From assembly GCA_963727505.1 (NCBI GenBank), contig CAVSGP010000004.1:448001-512000 (forward strand): a stretch of DNA of 64,000 nucleotides, given 5' to 3'. The notes under the pieces are model-generated. The model was not told the DNA's origin. It saw nothing but the letters and a program-made list of their open reading frames with translations, and searched no databases. The stretch's first letter is position 1; the number at the start of each line of letters is the position of its first letter. The position numbers and the translations under genes are program-made. Source of the DNA: an uncultured Trueperaceae bacterium. Lineage in GTDB: Bacteria > Deinococcota > Deinococci > Deinococcales > Trueperaceae. This document shows, piece after piece, positions 19,144 to 29,435 of this stretch.

Positions 19144-20070
19144 TCAAGCCCGTAGCAGGAGCCGGCGGCTGGCGAGCGCGACGTCCATCAGGTCGGCGGC
19201 CTCGGCGAAGGCGCTGGCGCCCGGACCCACGGCCAGCAGCGGCACCATGTTGCGGGTGTGCCTGGATGACGTCAGGTCCTCGAGGTTGCCATGGTCCGAG
19301 GTGAGCACCAGCGTGGTGTCTCTCAGGTCCGAGAGCGCACCGGCCAGCAGGCCGTCGATCGCCTCCAGCAAGCGCACCCCGTCCTCGAAGCGCCGCTCAT
19401 GCCCGAGTCGGTCGGTGAGCCAGACGTCGAAGAACGAGAAGGCATGGTGCCCGGCCAGCCGCGCGAGCCGGCGTCCCGCCTCCTCGGCCGTCAACGTCGC
19501 CAGCGACGGGTCGAGCTCGCGGAAGGCGGCACCGGTGACGTCGGCCGCCAGCGCGTCGCCGCGGCGGTAGGCGTCGAGGTCGAAGAGGGTCACGCCCGCC
19601 GCCCGGGCCGCCATCACGGGGGCATTGGGCCGTAGGCGCCGTCCTTCGAGGGCGCGGAAGTACCCCTCCGGATAGGCGTTGGCGAGCGCGGCGGAACCGT
19701 CGGCGTAGTGGAAGAGCGTGTCCTGTTGGAGCTCGCGCGCCAGCGTGGGCCCCGGCCAGGGTCCGTAATGGCGCCCCATGATCGCCGCGCCGTTTCGCCC
19801 CGTCAGCAGGCTCATCTGCCCGGTGGCGGACTGCGGGAGCCCCTCGTGCCCGAGGCGGGCGTCGATCGGCCGGAACACCAGGCCGGCCTCGCTGCGCGCC
19901 GCGGCGCCTGCGACGGGGGCGCCACCAACGAGCTCACGCAGAAGCGGCAGGTCCGCGGCCACCAGGGGGTTGCGACCGGGATCGGCCTCCCCCAGACCCA
20001 CACCATCGAGGAACACCATGACCACGCCCCCCGGACGACCGCGAGTCCCGGGGCCGCTCGCCTCAACCAA
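19144..20070 (-). CDS. Metalloenzyme (alkaline phosphatase/iPGM superfamily)
   Basis: FLDGVGLG, GLPQSATGQ, TDRLGH, LTSDHGNLED, HTRNMVP; exact start uncertain. Confidence 0.8.
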   Translation of the reverse strand: MVEASGPGTRGRPGGVVMVFLDGVGLGEADPGRNPLVAADLPLLRELVGGAPVAGAAARSEAGLVFRPIDARLGHEGLPQSATGQMSLLTGRNGAAIMGRHYGPWPGPTLARELQQDTLFHYADGSAALANAYPEGYFRALEGRRLRPNAPVMAARAAGVTLFDLDAYRRGDALAADVTGAAFRELDPSLATLTAEEAGRRLARLAGHHAFSFFDVWLTDRLGHERRFEDGVRLLEAIDGLLAGALSDLRDTTLVLTSDHGNLEDLTSSRHTRNMVPLLAVGPGASAFAEAADLMDVALASRRLLLRA

Positions 20071-21112
20071 CCCCCATCGCCTCCTTGGCCCGGGCCAGGG
20101 TGGGGGCGGCCGCCGCTCGCGCGCGCTCCGCTCCGTGCGCCAGCAGCTCGTCGATCCGGCCCGGCTCCGCCATGATGGCCTCGTAGCGCTGGCGGATCGG
20201 CTGCAGCGTGTCGAGCACCACACCGGCCACCGCCTTCTTGAGGTCGCCGTAGCCCTTTCCTTCGAACGTCCCCTCCAGCGCCCCCATCGGGCGCCCGTCG
20301 AGAGTCTGCAGGATGGTCAGCAGGTTCCTGACGCCGGGCGAGGCGTGCTCGAAGCGTACCTCGCGGCCGGAGTCGGTCACCGCCGACATGATGGCCTTGC
20401 GGATGGTGCGCTCGTCGTCGAGGAGGTTGACGGCGTGGCCCGAGCGCTGAGCTCCGATGCTCTTGGACATCTTGACCTCGGGGTCGTCGAGACCCATGAT
20501 GCGGGCGCCCATGGTGGGGACCACCGCCTGCGGCAGCACGAACACCTCGCCGAAGAGGTTGTTGAAGCGCACGGCGATGTCCCGGGTGAGCTCGATGTGC
20601 TGGCGCTGGTCTTCACCGACCGGCACCACCTCGGTGTCGTACAGCAGGATGTCGGCGGCCTGCAGCACGGGGTAGTCGAGCAGGCCCGTACCGACGCTCT
20701 CCCGCCCCTCGGACTTGGTCTTGAACTGCGTCATGCGGTAGAGCCACCCCAGCGGCGTCGCGCAGTTGAGCAGCCACGTGAGCTCGGCATGCTCGTGCAG
20801 GTGGGACTGCGCGAAGATGATGTTGCTGTCGGGATCGAGCCCTACCGCCAAGTAGAGTGCGGCCACCCGCCTCACGTCGTCCTTCAGGCCCGCGGGGTCG
20901 ACGCTCTCGGGGATGGTGAGCGCGTGCAGGTCGACGACGCAGAAGACGTTGTCGCGCTCGTCCTGATGCTCCACCCACTGCCTGAGAGCCCCGAGGTAGG
21001 TGCCGAGGTGCAGGTCGCCGGTGGGCTGGATGCCGGAGAAGACGCGGGGCTTGGCGGAAGACGTCGTGCGGGACGCGGGAGAGGACGCGGCCACGGGGTC
21101 GGTGGAACTCAT
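20063..21112 (-). CDS. trpS: Tryptophanyl-tRNA synthetase
   Basis: FSGIQPTGDLHLGTYLG, YPVLQAADILLY, VPVGEDQRQHIELTRD, KMSKS. Confidence 0.96.
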   Translation of the reverse strand: MSSTDPVAASSPASRTTSSAKPRVFSGIQPTGDLHLGTYLGALRQWVEHQDERDNVFCVVDLHALTIPESVDPAGLKDDVRRVAALYLAVGLDPDSNIIFAQSHLHEHAELTWLLNCATPLGWLYRMTQFKTKSEGRESVGTGLLDYPVLQAADILLYDTEVVPVGEDQRQHIELTRDIAVRFNNLFGEVFVLPQAVVPTMGARIMGLDDPEVKMSKSIGAQRSGHAVNLLDDERTIRKAIMSAVTDSGREVRFEHASPGVRNLLTILQTLDGRPMGALEGTFEGKGYGDLKKAVAGVVLDTLQPIRQRYEAIMAEPGRIDELLAHGAERARAAAAPTLARAKEAMGVG

Positions 21113-21215
21113 CCGGACAGTATACCGACGGCGTCCGGCGACGGTCGGCCCGCCGCAGGCCGTCCGGCCAGCAGGGCGAACGTCGTCGCCGACCACCCTG
21201 TGATCGCTGTCCTGC

Positions 21216-22358
21216 TCAGGGGAAGGTGTGCCCCACCCACGCCAGCGGGTTGGTGGGCACCCCGTCGACCCGCATCTCCCAGTGCAGGTGAGGCCCGGTG
21301 CTGAGCCCCGTCGTCCCTACCAATCCGACGACGTCGCCGCGCTTGACGCTCTCGCCGTCGTGGACCAGGATCTTCGACTGGTGGAAGTACAGGCTGACGA
21401 TGCCGTCGCCGTGGTCGATGGCGACGACGTTGCCGGAGATGGGAAGCTCGCGCGCTAGCACCACCGTGCCGTCGTTGGTCGCATGGATGGGCGTGCCCTC
21501 CGGCGCCGCCAGATCCAGACCGGTGTGGTAGGACACCGGCCCGCCGGCCGCGTAGCGCCGGGCGGAGCCGAACCCCGCGGACTCGGCCCCCTCGATGGGG
21601 GTCTCGAAGGCGGCGGTCCAGCGCGGCCGGGGAGCGCTCTGTGCGAACGCCGTCGCCAGCGCCTGCTGCTCCTCGGCCCACGCCGTCGGCGTGTCGGTCG
21701 CCAGCACCTTCGGCGGTAGATGGATGGTCTCCACCGCTCCCTTCAGGGGCGTCACCGCGATGCTCCGCGTGTCGCGGTGCATGATGCCGAACTCGTCGGT
21801 AACGCTCACGGCCAGCGTATGGGCGCCCGGAGCGGTCGCCAGCGGGACCGGCACGATGGCGCGCGCGCCGTCGCTTCCCCGCACGAGCCGCTCGTCCTTC
21901 CCGTCGAAGCTCACCTGGACCTTCGTTACATGCGCGCTGCCCGCCGGCCAGCTCACGCGGACGCCCAACGGGTCACCCGCCGTGAGCTGGGCTTCGGACC
22001 GCACCTCGGGCACAGGCGCGGCCACGCCGTCGATCGTAGCCTGCGCGTCGGTACGGTTCCCGGCACCGTCGGTGGCGACGATGTCGACCGGCTGCGGGCC
22101 TGCTTCGGCGGTGAGCGCCACGTTCCAGTCCTGCGTGACCTTGGTAGCGTCGAAGCTACCGTAGCGCACGCGGTAGGTGACCGGCTCGTCGGCCGTGATG
22201 AGCACCTGGGTGGCGCTCCCGGCCTCCGCGCGCGGCGGCGCCTCGATGTACAGCTTGGGCGGGGTGGTGTCGCGCCGCGCCTCCGACACCGCCAGCCCGG
22301 CCAGGGCTGCGCTGAGCACGACGAGGAGGATGAACGCGGGTCGGCGAAGCCGCCTCAT
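21216..22358 (-). CDS. M23 family peptidase
   Basis: HTGLD and GPHLHWE motifs; N-terminal anchor. Confidence 0.9.
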   Translation of the reverse strand: MRRLRRPAFILLVVLSAALAGLAVSEARRDTTPPKLYIEAPPRAEAGSATQVLITADEPVTYRVRYGSFDATKVTQDWNVALTAEAGPQPVDIVATDGAGNRTDAQATIDGVAAPVPEVRSEAQLTAGDPLGVRVSWPAGSAHVTKVQVSFDGKDERLVRGSDGARAIVPVPLATAPGAHTLAVSVTDEFGIMHRDTRSIAVTPLKGAVETIHLPPKVLATDTPTAWAEEQQALATAFAQSAPRPRWTAAFETPIEGAESAGFGSARRYAAGGPVSYHTGLDLAAPEGTPIHATNDGTVVLARELPISGNVVAIDHGDGIVSLYFHQSKILVHDGESVKRGDVVGLVGTTGLSTGPHLHWEMRVDGVPTNPLAWVGHTFP

Positions 22359-22900
22359 GCCTCGCTCTGGCTCGTCACGAACGGCAGGTTGCGGAAGCGA
22401 TGCGCGACGTCGAGGCCGTAACCGTAGACGAAGGCGTCCTCGATCTCGAACCCGACGTAGTCCAGCGGCACCTCGACGACGCGCCGCGACGGCTTCGAAA
22501 GCAGGGTCACCACCTCGACCGAGAGCGGCCCACGCCCGCGCAGATACCCGAGCAGGTACTGCATGGTGAGGCCCGTATCCACGATGTCTTCGACCAGCAA
22601 GACGTGCCGGCCCTTGAGGCTCTGATCGAGGTCCTTGACGAGCTTGACCTCGCCCGAGGACTCGGTGCGGGAGCCGTAGCTCGATACCGACAGAAAGTCG
22701 ACCGTCAGGGGCAGGTCGATGGCGCGCACCAGGTCCGCCATGAACATGAAGGCGCCGTTGAGCACGCAGATGAGGTGGAGCTCGTGGCCCCGATGATCGG
22801 AGCGGATCCGGCCGCCGAGCTCGGCGACTCGGGCCTCGATCTGCTCGCGGGTGATCTGGACGGGGCCGTCGCCGGCCCGGAAGATGCTGGTTTCGGACAT
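22355..22900 (-). CDS. hpt: Hypoxanthine phosphoribosyltransferase
   Basis: LNGAFMFMADL, VLLVEDIVDTGLT, FVYGYGLD. Confidence 0.95.
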   Translation of the reverse strand: MSETSIFRAGDGPVQITREQIEARVAELGGRIRSDHRGHELHLICVLNGAFMFMADLVRAIDLPLTVDFLSVSSYGSRTESSGEVKLVKDLDQSLKGRHVLLVEDIVDTGLTMQYLLGYLRGRGPLSVEVVTLLSKPSRRVVEVPLDYVGFEIEDAFVYGYGLDVAHRFRNLPFVTSQSEA

Positions 22901-23024
22901 GACGCGTCCTTCTCGATGGGGGTGTCGACCGGTGCGGCTCGCTCGCCGCCCGGCACGGCTTGCGCGAGTATACCCGAGCCCGCCGCCCGCGGCGACCCGC
23001 TCACGAGGCGGGTCGGCGCGCGCT

Positions 23025-23753
23025 TCAGGCGCTGCGCAGGCGTGCCAGCTCCCGCTCCGTGAGGCGGCGGTAGTGGCCCGAGGGCAGGTCGCCGAGGCGC
23101 AGCGGCCCCTGTCGGATGCGCACCAACCGGGTGACCCGGTAGCCGACCGCGTCCAGCATGCGGCGCGCCTGCCGGTTGCGCCCTTCGGTCAGCACCAGCA
23201 CGCACCCTCCTTCCGCCGCCGTGACGATCGCAGCTCGGGCAGGACCGTCGTCGAGCTCGACCCCGCCCGCCAACGCCGCCAGCGCAGACGGCTCGACGGT
23301 GCCCTCGGCGCACCACAAGCGGTACTCCTTCTCGTGCCCGTAGCGCGGGTGGGTGAGTTTGAGCGTGAGGTCGCCGTCGGTGGTGACCAGCAGTAGCCCT
23401 TCCGAGTCCATATCGAGCCGCCCCACCGGGTGGAGCCCCGGCAGCTCGGGAAGCAGGTCGAGCACGGTGCGCCTGCCGCGGTCGTCGCGCGCCGTGCTCA
23501 CCACACCCGGCGGCTTGTTCACGAGGAACGTGTCGTGCTCGGCGCGCCGAGCCACGAGCTGTCCGTCGACGCGGACGTCGTCGCCAGACCGCGCCCGGTC
23601 TCCCAGACCGGCGATCCGACCGTTCACCGTGACACGCCCTGCGCGGATCAGGTCCTCGGACTTGCGGCGGCTCGCCACGCCCGCCCGGGAGAGGATCTTC
23701 TGGAGGCGCTCGCCCTCGACGCCCCGCCCCGTGGGGCCGCCGGGCGCGCTCAC
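23025..23753 (-). CDS. RsuA/RluB-family rRNA pseudouridine synthase
   Basis: ERLQKILSRAGVASRR S4 domain, NKPPG, VGRLDMDSEGLL, EGRNRQARRM; GTG start overlaps upstream stop. Confidence 0.92.
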   Translation of the reverse strand: MSAPGGPTGRGVEGERLQKILSRAGVASRRKSEDLIRAGRVTVNGRIAGLGDRARSGDDVRVDGQLVARRAEHDTFLVNKPPGVVSTARDDRGRRTVLDLLPELPGLHPVGRLDMDSEGLLLVTTDGDLTLKLTHPRYGHEKEYRLWCAEGTVEPSALAALAGGVELDDGPARAAIVTAAEGGCVLVLTEGRNRQARRMLDAVGYRVTRLVRIRQGPLRLGDLPSGHYRRLTERELARLRSA

Positions 23754-24637
23754 AGCTCGAGCACGCCATGGGCGACGCGCACCGCGCCGCCGCCGACCTC
23801 TACCGCAGGCTCCCCGTCCTCCAAGCGGATGCGAAGGTGGATCTCGCTCGACCGGCCCATCTCCACACCCTGGCGGCTGAGCACCTCGACGGGTCCCCGC
23901 GTGGCGTCGACGAGACCGGTCCACGCCAGGTACGCGCCCAGCGGGCCGTGCGCGCTTCCGGTCGCAGGATCCTCCACCACGCCGAGGGCCTCGCCGAACA
24001 TGCGCGCACGTACGTACGCGTCCTCGGCGTCGAGGGTGAAGGCCAGCACCGCGCGGTGGTCGGCGGGCACGAACGAGGCCACCACCTCGAGATCGAGGCG
24101 CGCGCGTGCGAGCGCGCTCCGGTCCCGCAACGGCACCAGCAGGAAGGGCACGCCGGCGCTCACGACCTCGAGAGGAAGATCGGCGTCGAGCTCGTCGACG
24201 TCGAGCCCCAGTGCGCGCGCCACCCCGGGACGATCCCCGACGCGCGCCAGCCGCCGTGGTCGGCCCTGGTCCATCCACACGCGCACCAACCGCCCGGCGC
24301 TGCGTTCGAACCTCAGCCCCACCACGCCCACGCCGAGCTCGATCCGGCCCCGGTCGCCGCCGAAGACGCCACGAGCGTCGAGCGCGAACGCGGTCCCGAT
24401 CGTGGGGTGGCCGGCCATCGGCAGCTCCCGCGCCGGCGTGAAGTATCGCGCCCGCGCCTCGGCCCGCTCGCTGGGGAGCACGAACGCGGTCTCGGACAGG
24501 TTGAACTCACGCGCCAGGGCCTGCATCGCGGCGTCGTCGAGACCGCTGGCGTCGGTGACCACCGCCAGCGGGTTCCCGCCGAACACGCGCGCGGTGAACA
24601 CGTCCCAGCGCTCGTAGGGGTAGCTTCTCGTCGCCAT
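23750..24637 (-). CDS. PhzF-family isomerase/epimerase
   Basis: DVFT...GGNPLAVV, EFNLSETAFV, ELPMAGHPTIG, EDPATGSA. Confidence 0.92.
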   Translation of the reverse strand: MATRSYPYERWDVFTARVFGGNPLAVVTDASGLDDAAMQALAREFNLSETAFVLPSERAEARARYFTPARELPMAGHPTIGTAFALDARGVFGGDRGRIELGVGVVGLRFERSAGRLVRVWMDQGRPRRLARVGDRPGVARALGLDVDELDADLPLEVVSAGVPFLLVPLRDRSALARARLDLEVVASFVPADHRAVLAFTLDAEDAYVRARMFGEALGVVEDPATGSAHGPLGAYLAWTGLVDATRGPVEVLSRQGVEMGRSSEIHLRIRLEDGEPAVEVGGGAVRVAHGVLEL

Positions 24638-24718
24638 GCTGCGCCATTGTACGCATGCGCCCTTCCGGCCGCCGGCCGGCGCTGCGGTAGCGACCGGCAA
24701 CCGGTAGAATGGTGCGTC

Positions 24719-25150
24719 ATGGACGCGCTCAGCCCGGATGCCATGCGGTCGCTCGTCGAGGAGCTCATCCCCTTCAACCGCTTCCTCGGGGTCCGGTTGG
24801 AGAGCGTCGACCGCGAAGCCGGTCACCTCGGCACGCGCCTGGACTTGCGACCGGAGTTCGTGGGCAACGCGCTGCGCGACATGCCGCACGGTGGCGTCGT
24901 GTCGGCCTTGATCGACGCCACGGCCGGCGCTGCCGCCGCGCTCTCCCTCGAGGACCTTTCGCTGGCGGACCGAGTGGCCACCATCGACATGCGGGTGGAC
25001 TACCTGCGCGCCGCGCGCGGCGCGTCGCTCCACGCCCACGCCGAGGTGATGCGCACGGGCCACCGCGTGATCGTGGTGCGCACCGACGTGCACGACGATA
25101 CCGGCGCTCTGGTTGCGCTGGGGTCCAACGCCTTCCACGTGGCGCGTTGA
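24719..25150 (+). CDS. PaaI-family hotdog-fold thioesterase
   Basis: IPFNRFLG, HGGVVSALIDATAG, TIDMRVDYLR. Confidence 0.9.
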   Translation: MDALSPDAMRSLVEELIPFNRFLGVRLESVDREAGHLGTRLDLRPEFVGNALRDMPHGGVVSALIDATAGAAAALSLEDLSLADRVATIDMRVDYLRAARGASLHAHAEVMRTGHRVIVVRTDVHDDTGALVALGSNAFHVAR

Positions 25151-25220
25151 GGCACGCGGGCGGCTTGTGCAACCCCGATGCAACCCCTGAGCAACCCAAC
25201 GTCGTGATAGCCTCGCCGCC

Positions 25221-26309
25221 GTGATCCAGCCGATCTTCGAGCGTTACGCCGAGCTGCTGGTGGGCTACTGCACCGAGGTCGCCCCTGGCGAGCACGTCTA
25301 CCTTTCCGTCGACACCCCGGCGATGGAGCTGGGGCGCGCCCTGGTCCGCACGGTGCTGCGGGCCGGCGCCCAGCCCCACCTGCGACTCGCCTACCCCGCG
25401 TACGCCGGTGACGTCCTGGAGCTGGCGAGCGACGGCCTCCTCGACGGCCGTCCCGAGCTGGAACTCGAGGAGATGCGCCGCATGGACGCCTACATCCGGG
25501 TCGCCGCCCCGGACGGCGGCCGGGTCCTGCAGGGTATCGACAAGGAACGCACGACGCGCTGGCGCCGGCGCAACCAACCGGTCCAGGAGGAGCGTGTCAA
25601 CCGTACCCGTTGGGTGAGCACGCTCTTCCCCACGACCGGCGGCGCACAGGACGCGGGCATGAGCCTCGACCACTACGAGCGCTTCGTGTTCGACGCGATG
25701 TACCTCTTCGACGACGACCCCTCACGCCGCTGGCGGGAGCTGCGCTCGCATCAGGCGCGCATCATCGAGCGCCTCCAGCGTGCCAGCGAGGTGCGCATCC
25801 TAGCGGAGGGAACCGACCTGCGCCTCGACGTCCGGGGGCGCACCTGGATCAACTCCGACGGCAAGCGCAACATGCCGTCGGGCGAGGTCTTCACCGGCCC
25901 GGTCGAATCGAGCGCCGAGGGGACGATCCGCTTCGATGTGCCAAGCACGGTCGAGGGGGTCGACGTCGACGACGTGCGCCTGACCTTCCGCGACGGCAAG
26001 GTGGTCGAGGCCCATGCCGGGCGCGGCCAGGAGGTGCTCGACGCCCAGCTCGCCACCGACGCAGGCGCTCGCTTCCTGGGCGAGCTCGGGATCGGGACCA
26101 ACGAGCGCATCCAGCGCCCCACCCGCTCCACGCTCTTCGACGAGAAGATCGGCGGCACCGTCCACCTGGCGCTGGGACGCTCCTACCCGGAGACCGGCGG
26201 TGTCAACGACAGCGCCATCCATTGGGACCTGGTGTGCGACCTGCGCCGAGGCGGCTCGCTGCTGATCGACGGGGAGCCGGTCCAGGAGAGCGGGCGCTTC
26301 CTGTTGTGA
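25221..26309 (+). CDS. Aminopeptidase, M29 (AmpS/AmpT) family
   Basis: NMPSGEVFTGP, LGELGIGTN, LFDEKIGGTVHLALG, SAIHWDLV. Confidence 0.93.
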   Translation: MIQPIFERYAELLVGYCTEVAPGEHVYLSVDTPAMELGRALVRTVLRAGAQPHLRLAYPAYAGDVLELASDGLLDGRPELELEEMRRMDAYIRVAAPDGGRVLQGIDKERTTRWRRRNQPVQEERVNRTRWVSTLFPTTGGAQDAGMSLDHYERFVFDAMYLFDDDPSRRWRELRSHQARIIERLQRASEVRILAEGTDLRLDVRGRTWINSDGKRNMPSGEVFTGPVESSAEGTIRFDVPSTVEGVDVDDVRLTFRDGKVVEAHAGRGQEVLDAQLATDAGARFLGELGIGTNERIQRPTRSTLFDEKIGGTVHLALGRSYPETGGVNDSAIHWDLVCDLRRGGSLLIDGEPVQESGRFLL

Positions 26310-26376
26310 GGCGCCCGCGCCCCCTTGCGCCGCCGGCGGGGCGTGGTAACATGCGAACCCGCGACCGCGCGTGGAC

Positions 26377-26463
26377 GCCGAAGTGGCGGAATTGGTAGAC
26401 GCGCATGATTCAGGGTCATGTGACCGCAAGGTCGTGGGGGTTCAAGTCCCCCCTTCGGCACCA
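26377..26463 (+). tRNA. tRNA-Leu (anticodon CAG)
   Basis: GCCGAAG/CTTCGGC acceptor stem, anticodon arm CATGA-TTCAGGG-TCATG, long variable arm, GTTCAAGTC T loop, encoded CCA. Confidence 0.97.
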
Positions 26464-26464
26464 A
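26409..26464 (+). repeat. attL core (3' half of tRNA-Leu)
   Basis: TTCAGGGTCATG...CTTCGGCACCAA identical to 39158-39213. Confidence 0.95.
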
Positions 26465-26490
26465 GTCCTAGACAGGACAAACGGCAAATC

Positions 26491-26515
26491 GGGCGACCTT
26501 CCCCCAAGGTCGCCC
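26491..26515. terminator. Element-borne hairpin after tRNA-Leu (probable replacement terminator)
   Basis: GGGCGACCTT-CCCCC-AAGGTCGCCC 10-bp stem; no clear U tract. Confidence 0.5.
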
Positions 26516-26731
26516 GCAGTCGTTGTGTGCCTATAGTGTGCCGGGATCAGCCCCGACTCGAACGACCGCCTTGTGGGCCCTCGCTCGAGAACCCCAGAGC
26601 GCTTGGGCACTGCGCCAAGAGCCAGAAACCACGCCCTGGACACTGTCAAGGCTAGCGACGGGGAGTTGCGAAGCCCTATGATTAGGAGATCGGCAGGCAA
26701 GCGGTCACCAGCCGGCCGAGATCGGAGCCAT

Positions 26732-27022
26732 ATGTTCGGTGAGACGATGACACTTGAGGATGTTGTAGGAAAGCCCCAGGTCCTTGGAACACTGATGCCA
26801 AACGCTGGAGGTTGGTATGGGCGACGGTTCGATGCGACCTTCGACGTCTTGCGCCTCGCCGACCTAGCCCTCTTGCGGACGCTGGAACCGCGTCAACGCG
26901 TCACAATCCGTAGCAGGATGGAAACTGACCGTGAAGAGCGCTTTTTCGCCGCCTACGTATGGCCAGACAACTGTCTTGTCGAGCTAATTGGGTGCGGCGC
27001 TCCCACCTCTTCGTCTATCTAA
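26732..27022 (+). CDS. Hypothetical protein (element)
   Basis: 96-aa ORF with GGAG upstream; convergent 39-bp overlap with the integrase end; no motif. Confidence 0.35.
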   Translation: MFGETMTLEDVVGKPQVLGTLMPNAGGWYGRRFDATFDVLRLADLALLRTLEPRQRVTIRSRMETDREERFFAAYVWPDNCLVELIGCGAPTSSSI

Positions 27023-28117
27023 GCCGAATCCACCGAGCATCCGATCGACAACGTCGCTGGCATCGCGCTGCAGACTCGGGAGGACGTGGCTGTAGGTGTC
27101 CAGTGTGATCTGGATGGTTGAGTGGCCGAGGCGCTCACTCACGACCTTGGGATGCACGCCGGCCAACAGGAGCAGCGAAGCGTGCGTATGCCGCAGATCG
27201 TAGAGCCGCAGGTCGAGCGGGAGCTCGGCCCGCTTGAGGGCCGGCTTGAAGTGGTGCTCTACCAGGGCACGCTGGCAGTAAGGCTCGCCGGAGAAGTTCG
27301 TGAACACCAGCTCGCCATCACGCACGTGGTCCGCTAGTAGGCTCACCAGGCCGTCGGGCAGGTCGATCTGGCGCTTCCCCTTCGCCGTCTTCGGCGGATT
27401 GAACACCCACCGACCGCCCACCTTTGACGCGGTGCGCTGGACGTGAAGGCGCCGGCCGATGAGGTCGACATCGCTCCACTTCAATCCTGCGGCCTCACTA
27501 GGGCGCATGCCGGTCCCGAGCAGGGTTGCCAGAAGCACTCGGTAGGGATCGCTCTCGATCGCTTCGAGGAAGCTACCAGCCTGCTCCTGGTCCAGCGTGC
27601 GCATCTCGTGCTGCTGTTGCCTCGGCAGGTCGACGGCGTCCGCTGGGTTCACGCGCAGCATGCGCCACTTGACGGCTTGCTGCAGCGCGTTCCGGAAGAT
27701 GGCATGCGTGAGTCTCACAGTGCGGGCTGAGAGGCCCCTGTCGAGCATCTGGCCGTAGAGGCCCTGGATCTGCAGCGGCGTGATCTTCTCAAGCCTGCTG
27801 GCGCCCAGCACGGGCGTCACGTACCGCTCGAGCGTCTCCTCGTATTGGTTGTACGTGCGCTCGCGGAGGCGTGGCTTGGCGGCCGCCCGAAGCCAGTGTT
27901 CGAGGTACTCGTTGAGCGTCTGCGGGTTGGCCTTGCTGAGCTCGCCGGCATCGTTCTTCACGAGGAGCTTGTTCAGGACGCGCTGAGCGTCCTTGTCGGT
28001 GCCGCGAACGGTTTGGTTGTAGTACTGGCGCTTCCCTGTGCCGTCGGCGCCGAGGTAGATGCGCACGACAAACGTGCGGTCGCCGCGGTCGATGATCTGG
28101 CCGGCTCTACGGGCCAT
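26984..28117 (-). CDS. int: Tyrosine recombinase/integrase
   Basis: N-terminal arm-binding-like region, TGMRPSEAAGLKW, PPKT, YDLRHTHAS, ERLGHS..ITLDTYSH; adjacent to attL. Confidence 0.96.
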   Translation of the reverse strand: MARRAGQIIDRGDRTFVVRIYLGADGTGKRQYYNQTVRGTDKDAQRVLNKLLVKNDAGELSKANPQTLNEYLEHWLRAAAKPRLRERTYNQYEETLERYVTPVLGASRLEKITPLQIQGLYGQMLDRGLSARTVRLTHAIFRNALQQAVKWRMLRVNPADAVDLPRQQQHEMRTLDQEQAGSFLEAIESDPYRVLLATLLGTGMRPSEAAGLKWSDVDLIGRRLHVQRTASKVGGRWVFNPPKTAKGKRQIDLPDGLVSLLADHVRDGELVFTNFSGEPYCQRALVEHHFKPALKRAELPLDLRLYDLRHTHASLLLLAGVHPKVVSERLGHSTIQITLDTYSHVLPSLQRDASDVVDRMLGGFGLDRRRGGSAAPN

Positions 28118-28119
28118 GC

Positions 28120-28332
28120 TTACCGCTCCTTCGGGACGGCGACGAGCTCGAGGTCGAGGGCGTCGAGAACCTTGAGCCAGGTCTCGGGAATCTTGCCGAC
28201 GTGGCCGGTCATGAGGCGGCTGACATATTGGGACTTCATGCCAACGAGTTGGGCGAGGTCGCCTTGCTTGAGGTCGCGTTCGGCAAGTCGGACGCGCACG
28301 GCTCGGCGGATCTGGTCGTTCATGGCTGCCAT
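28120..28332 (-). CDS. XRE-family HTH regulator upstream of int
   Basis: LAERDLKQGDLAQLVGMKSQYVSRLMTG HTH; GGAG RBS; 2-bp gap to int. Confidence 0.85.
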   Translation of the reverse strand: MAAMNDQIRRAVRVRLAERDLKQGDLAQLVGMKSQYVSRLMTGHVGKIPETWLKVLDALDLELVAVPKER

Positions 28333-28786
28333 GTTCTCACGTCTCCATTCCTCGGTTATCACTTTACCACTATCTGTTGACCACTGTAACTGTAAGGGGT
28401 ACACGCCAGCGTCTCCGGAAGGAGGAAATCAGGAGCGCGGTCCGCCAAAATGGCGCAACCAACTTGTCAGGGATCGAGTTCCATGCCGTGCCGGGTCACC
28501 TGCCGTGAGCGAACGCCCGGACTTATAGTCTGAGGCATACCGAGACCAGTTCACCAACGACCGAAGGGGGGATGGCGATGCTGGGTTCTTTGTTCCCGTT
28601 CACCAAACGAGTTGCTCGCGGAGGCTATGCGATTCGGCTTGGTGCGTTCGTCGCAATCGGACCAGCTTTGGACGCCCTAGGCGAAGCCGGACCGCGCTCA
28701 CAAGGAGACGAGCTGCCCGTTTCTCCGAGCAGGACGGGCGCGGAGAGGTTGTCAGCAAGCGCCAGTTCCACCGACGCGACGGGCGC

Positions 28787-29266
28787 TTGAGTCGGATGGC
28801 CAGGGTTCTGCGGACCGTCTTGGGGGCTTTCGGGCTCCTCCTTTTCCTATTCGTAGCTGCGTTCATGTACAGCGAAGGGTTCCGCGACTGGGTCTTGGGT
28901 GCGACAGCCCACCCCGAATATCAGGGCTTCCCAGACTCGGAACTTCACGCTTCGTTGGCATCTGCAAGAGCGTGGTCCATGCTCTCAGGCAAGGAACGCG
29001 GGTCCATTGGCGAGTTCCAAATGCGCTCGTCGCGCGGACCCGTCACGGCACGATTATGCAAACAATATGGGGGGTTCCCGTTCTTCGGCATCGTCAGCTA
29101 CAAGTTCCTTGAGGAATACGGCCACGGCGTTAATCTTGTTCAGGACAGTAAATCGGGTGAGGTCTACTTGAGCGTCGGATTCGGTCAGTATTCCCCTGAT
29201 CTGCTCGGATCGTTCCTCGGCACGCAGGAGGTCGGAGCTTGCCTATACCGAGTGACGAGCCCCTAG
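28787..29266 (+). CDS. Hypothetical membrane-anchored protein (cargo)
   Basis: N-terminal hydrophobic helix, no recognised motif; start uncertain. Confidence 0.55.
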   Translation: MSRMARVLRTVLGAFGLLLFLFVAAFMYSEGFRDWVLGATAHPEYQGFPDSELHASLASARAWSMLSGKERGSIGEFQMRSSRGPVTARLCKQYGGFPFFGIVSYKFLEEYGHGVNLVQDSKSGEVYLSVGFGQYSPDLLGSFLGTQEVGACLYRVTSP

Positions 29267-29435
29267 CAAGGGAGAGTATGAACCCGTTCGGTGAGCTCCG
29301 CGGCGTAAGGGAACTGAGTTAGTAGAGAAACCTAGCCCGCGCTATGGGTTGAGCGCCGTGAATGGGCGCTTGAGAAAGCCCACACCATGCTGGCCTCCCC
29401 TATGGTGGATTGAAAGAACCAAAGGGGGGATACCA

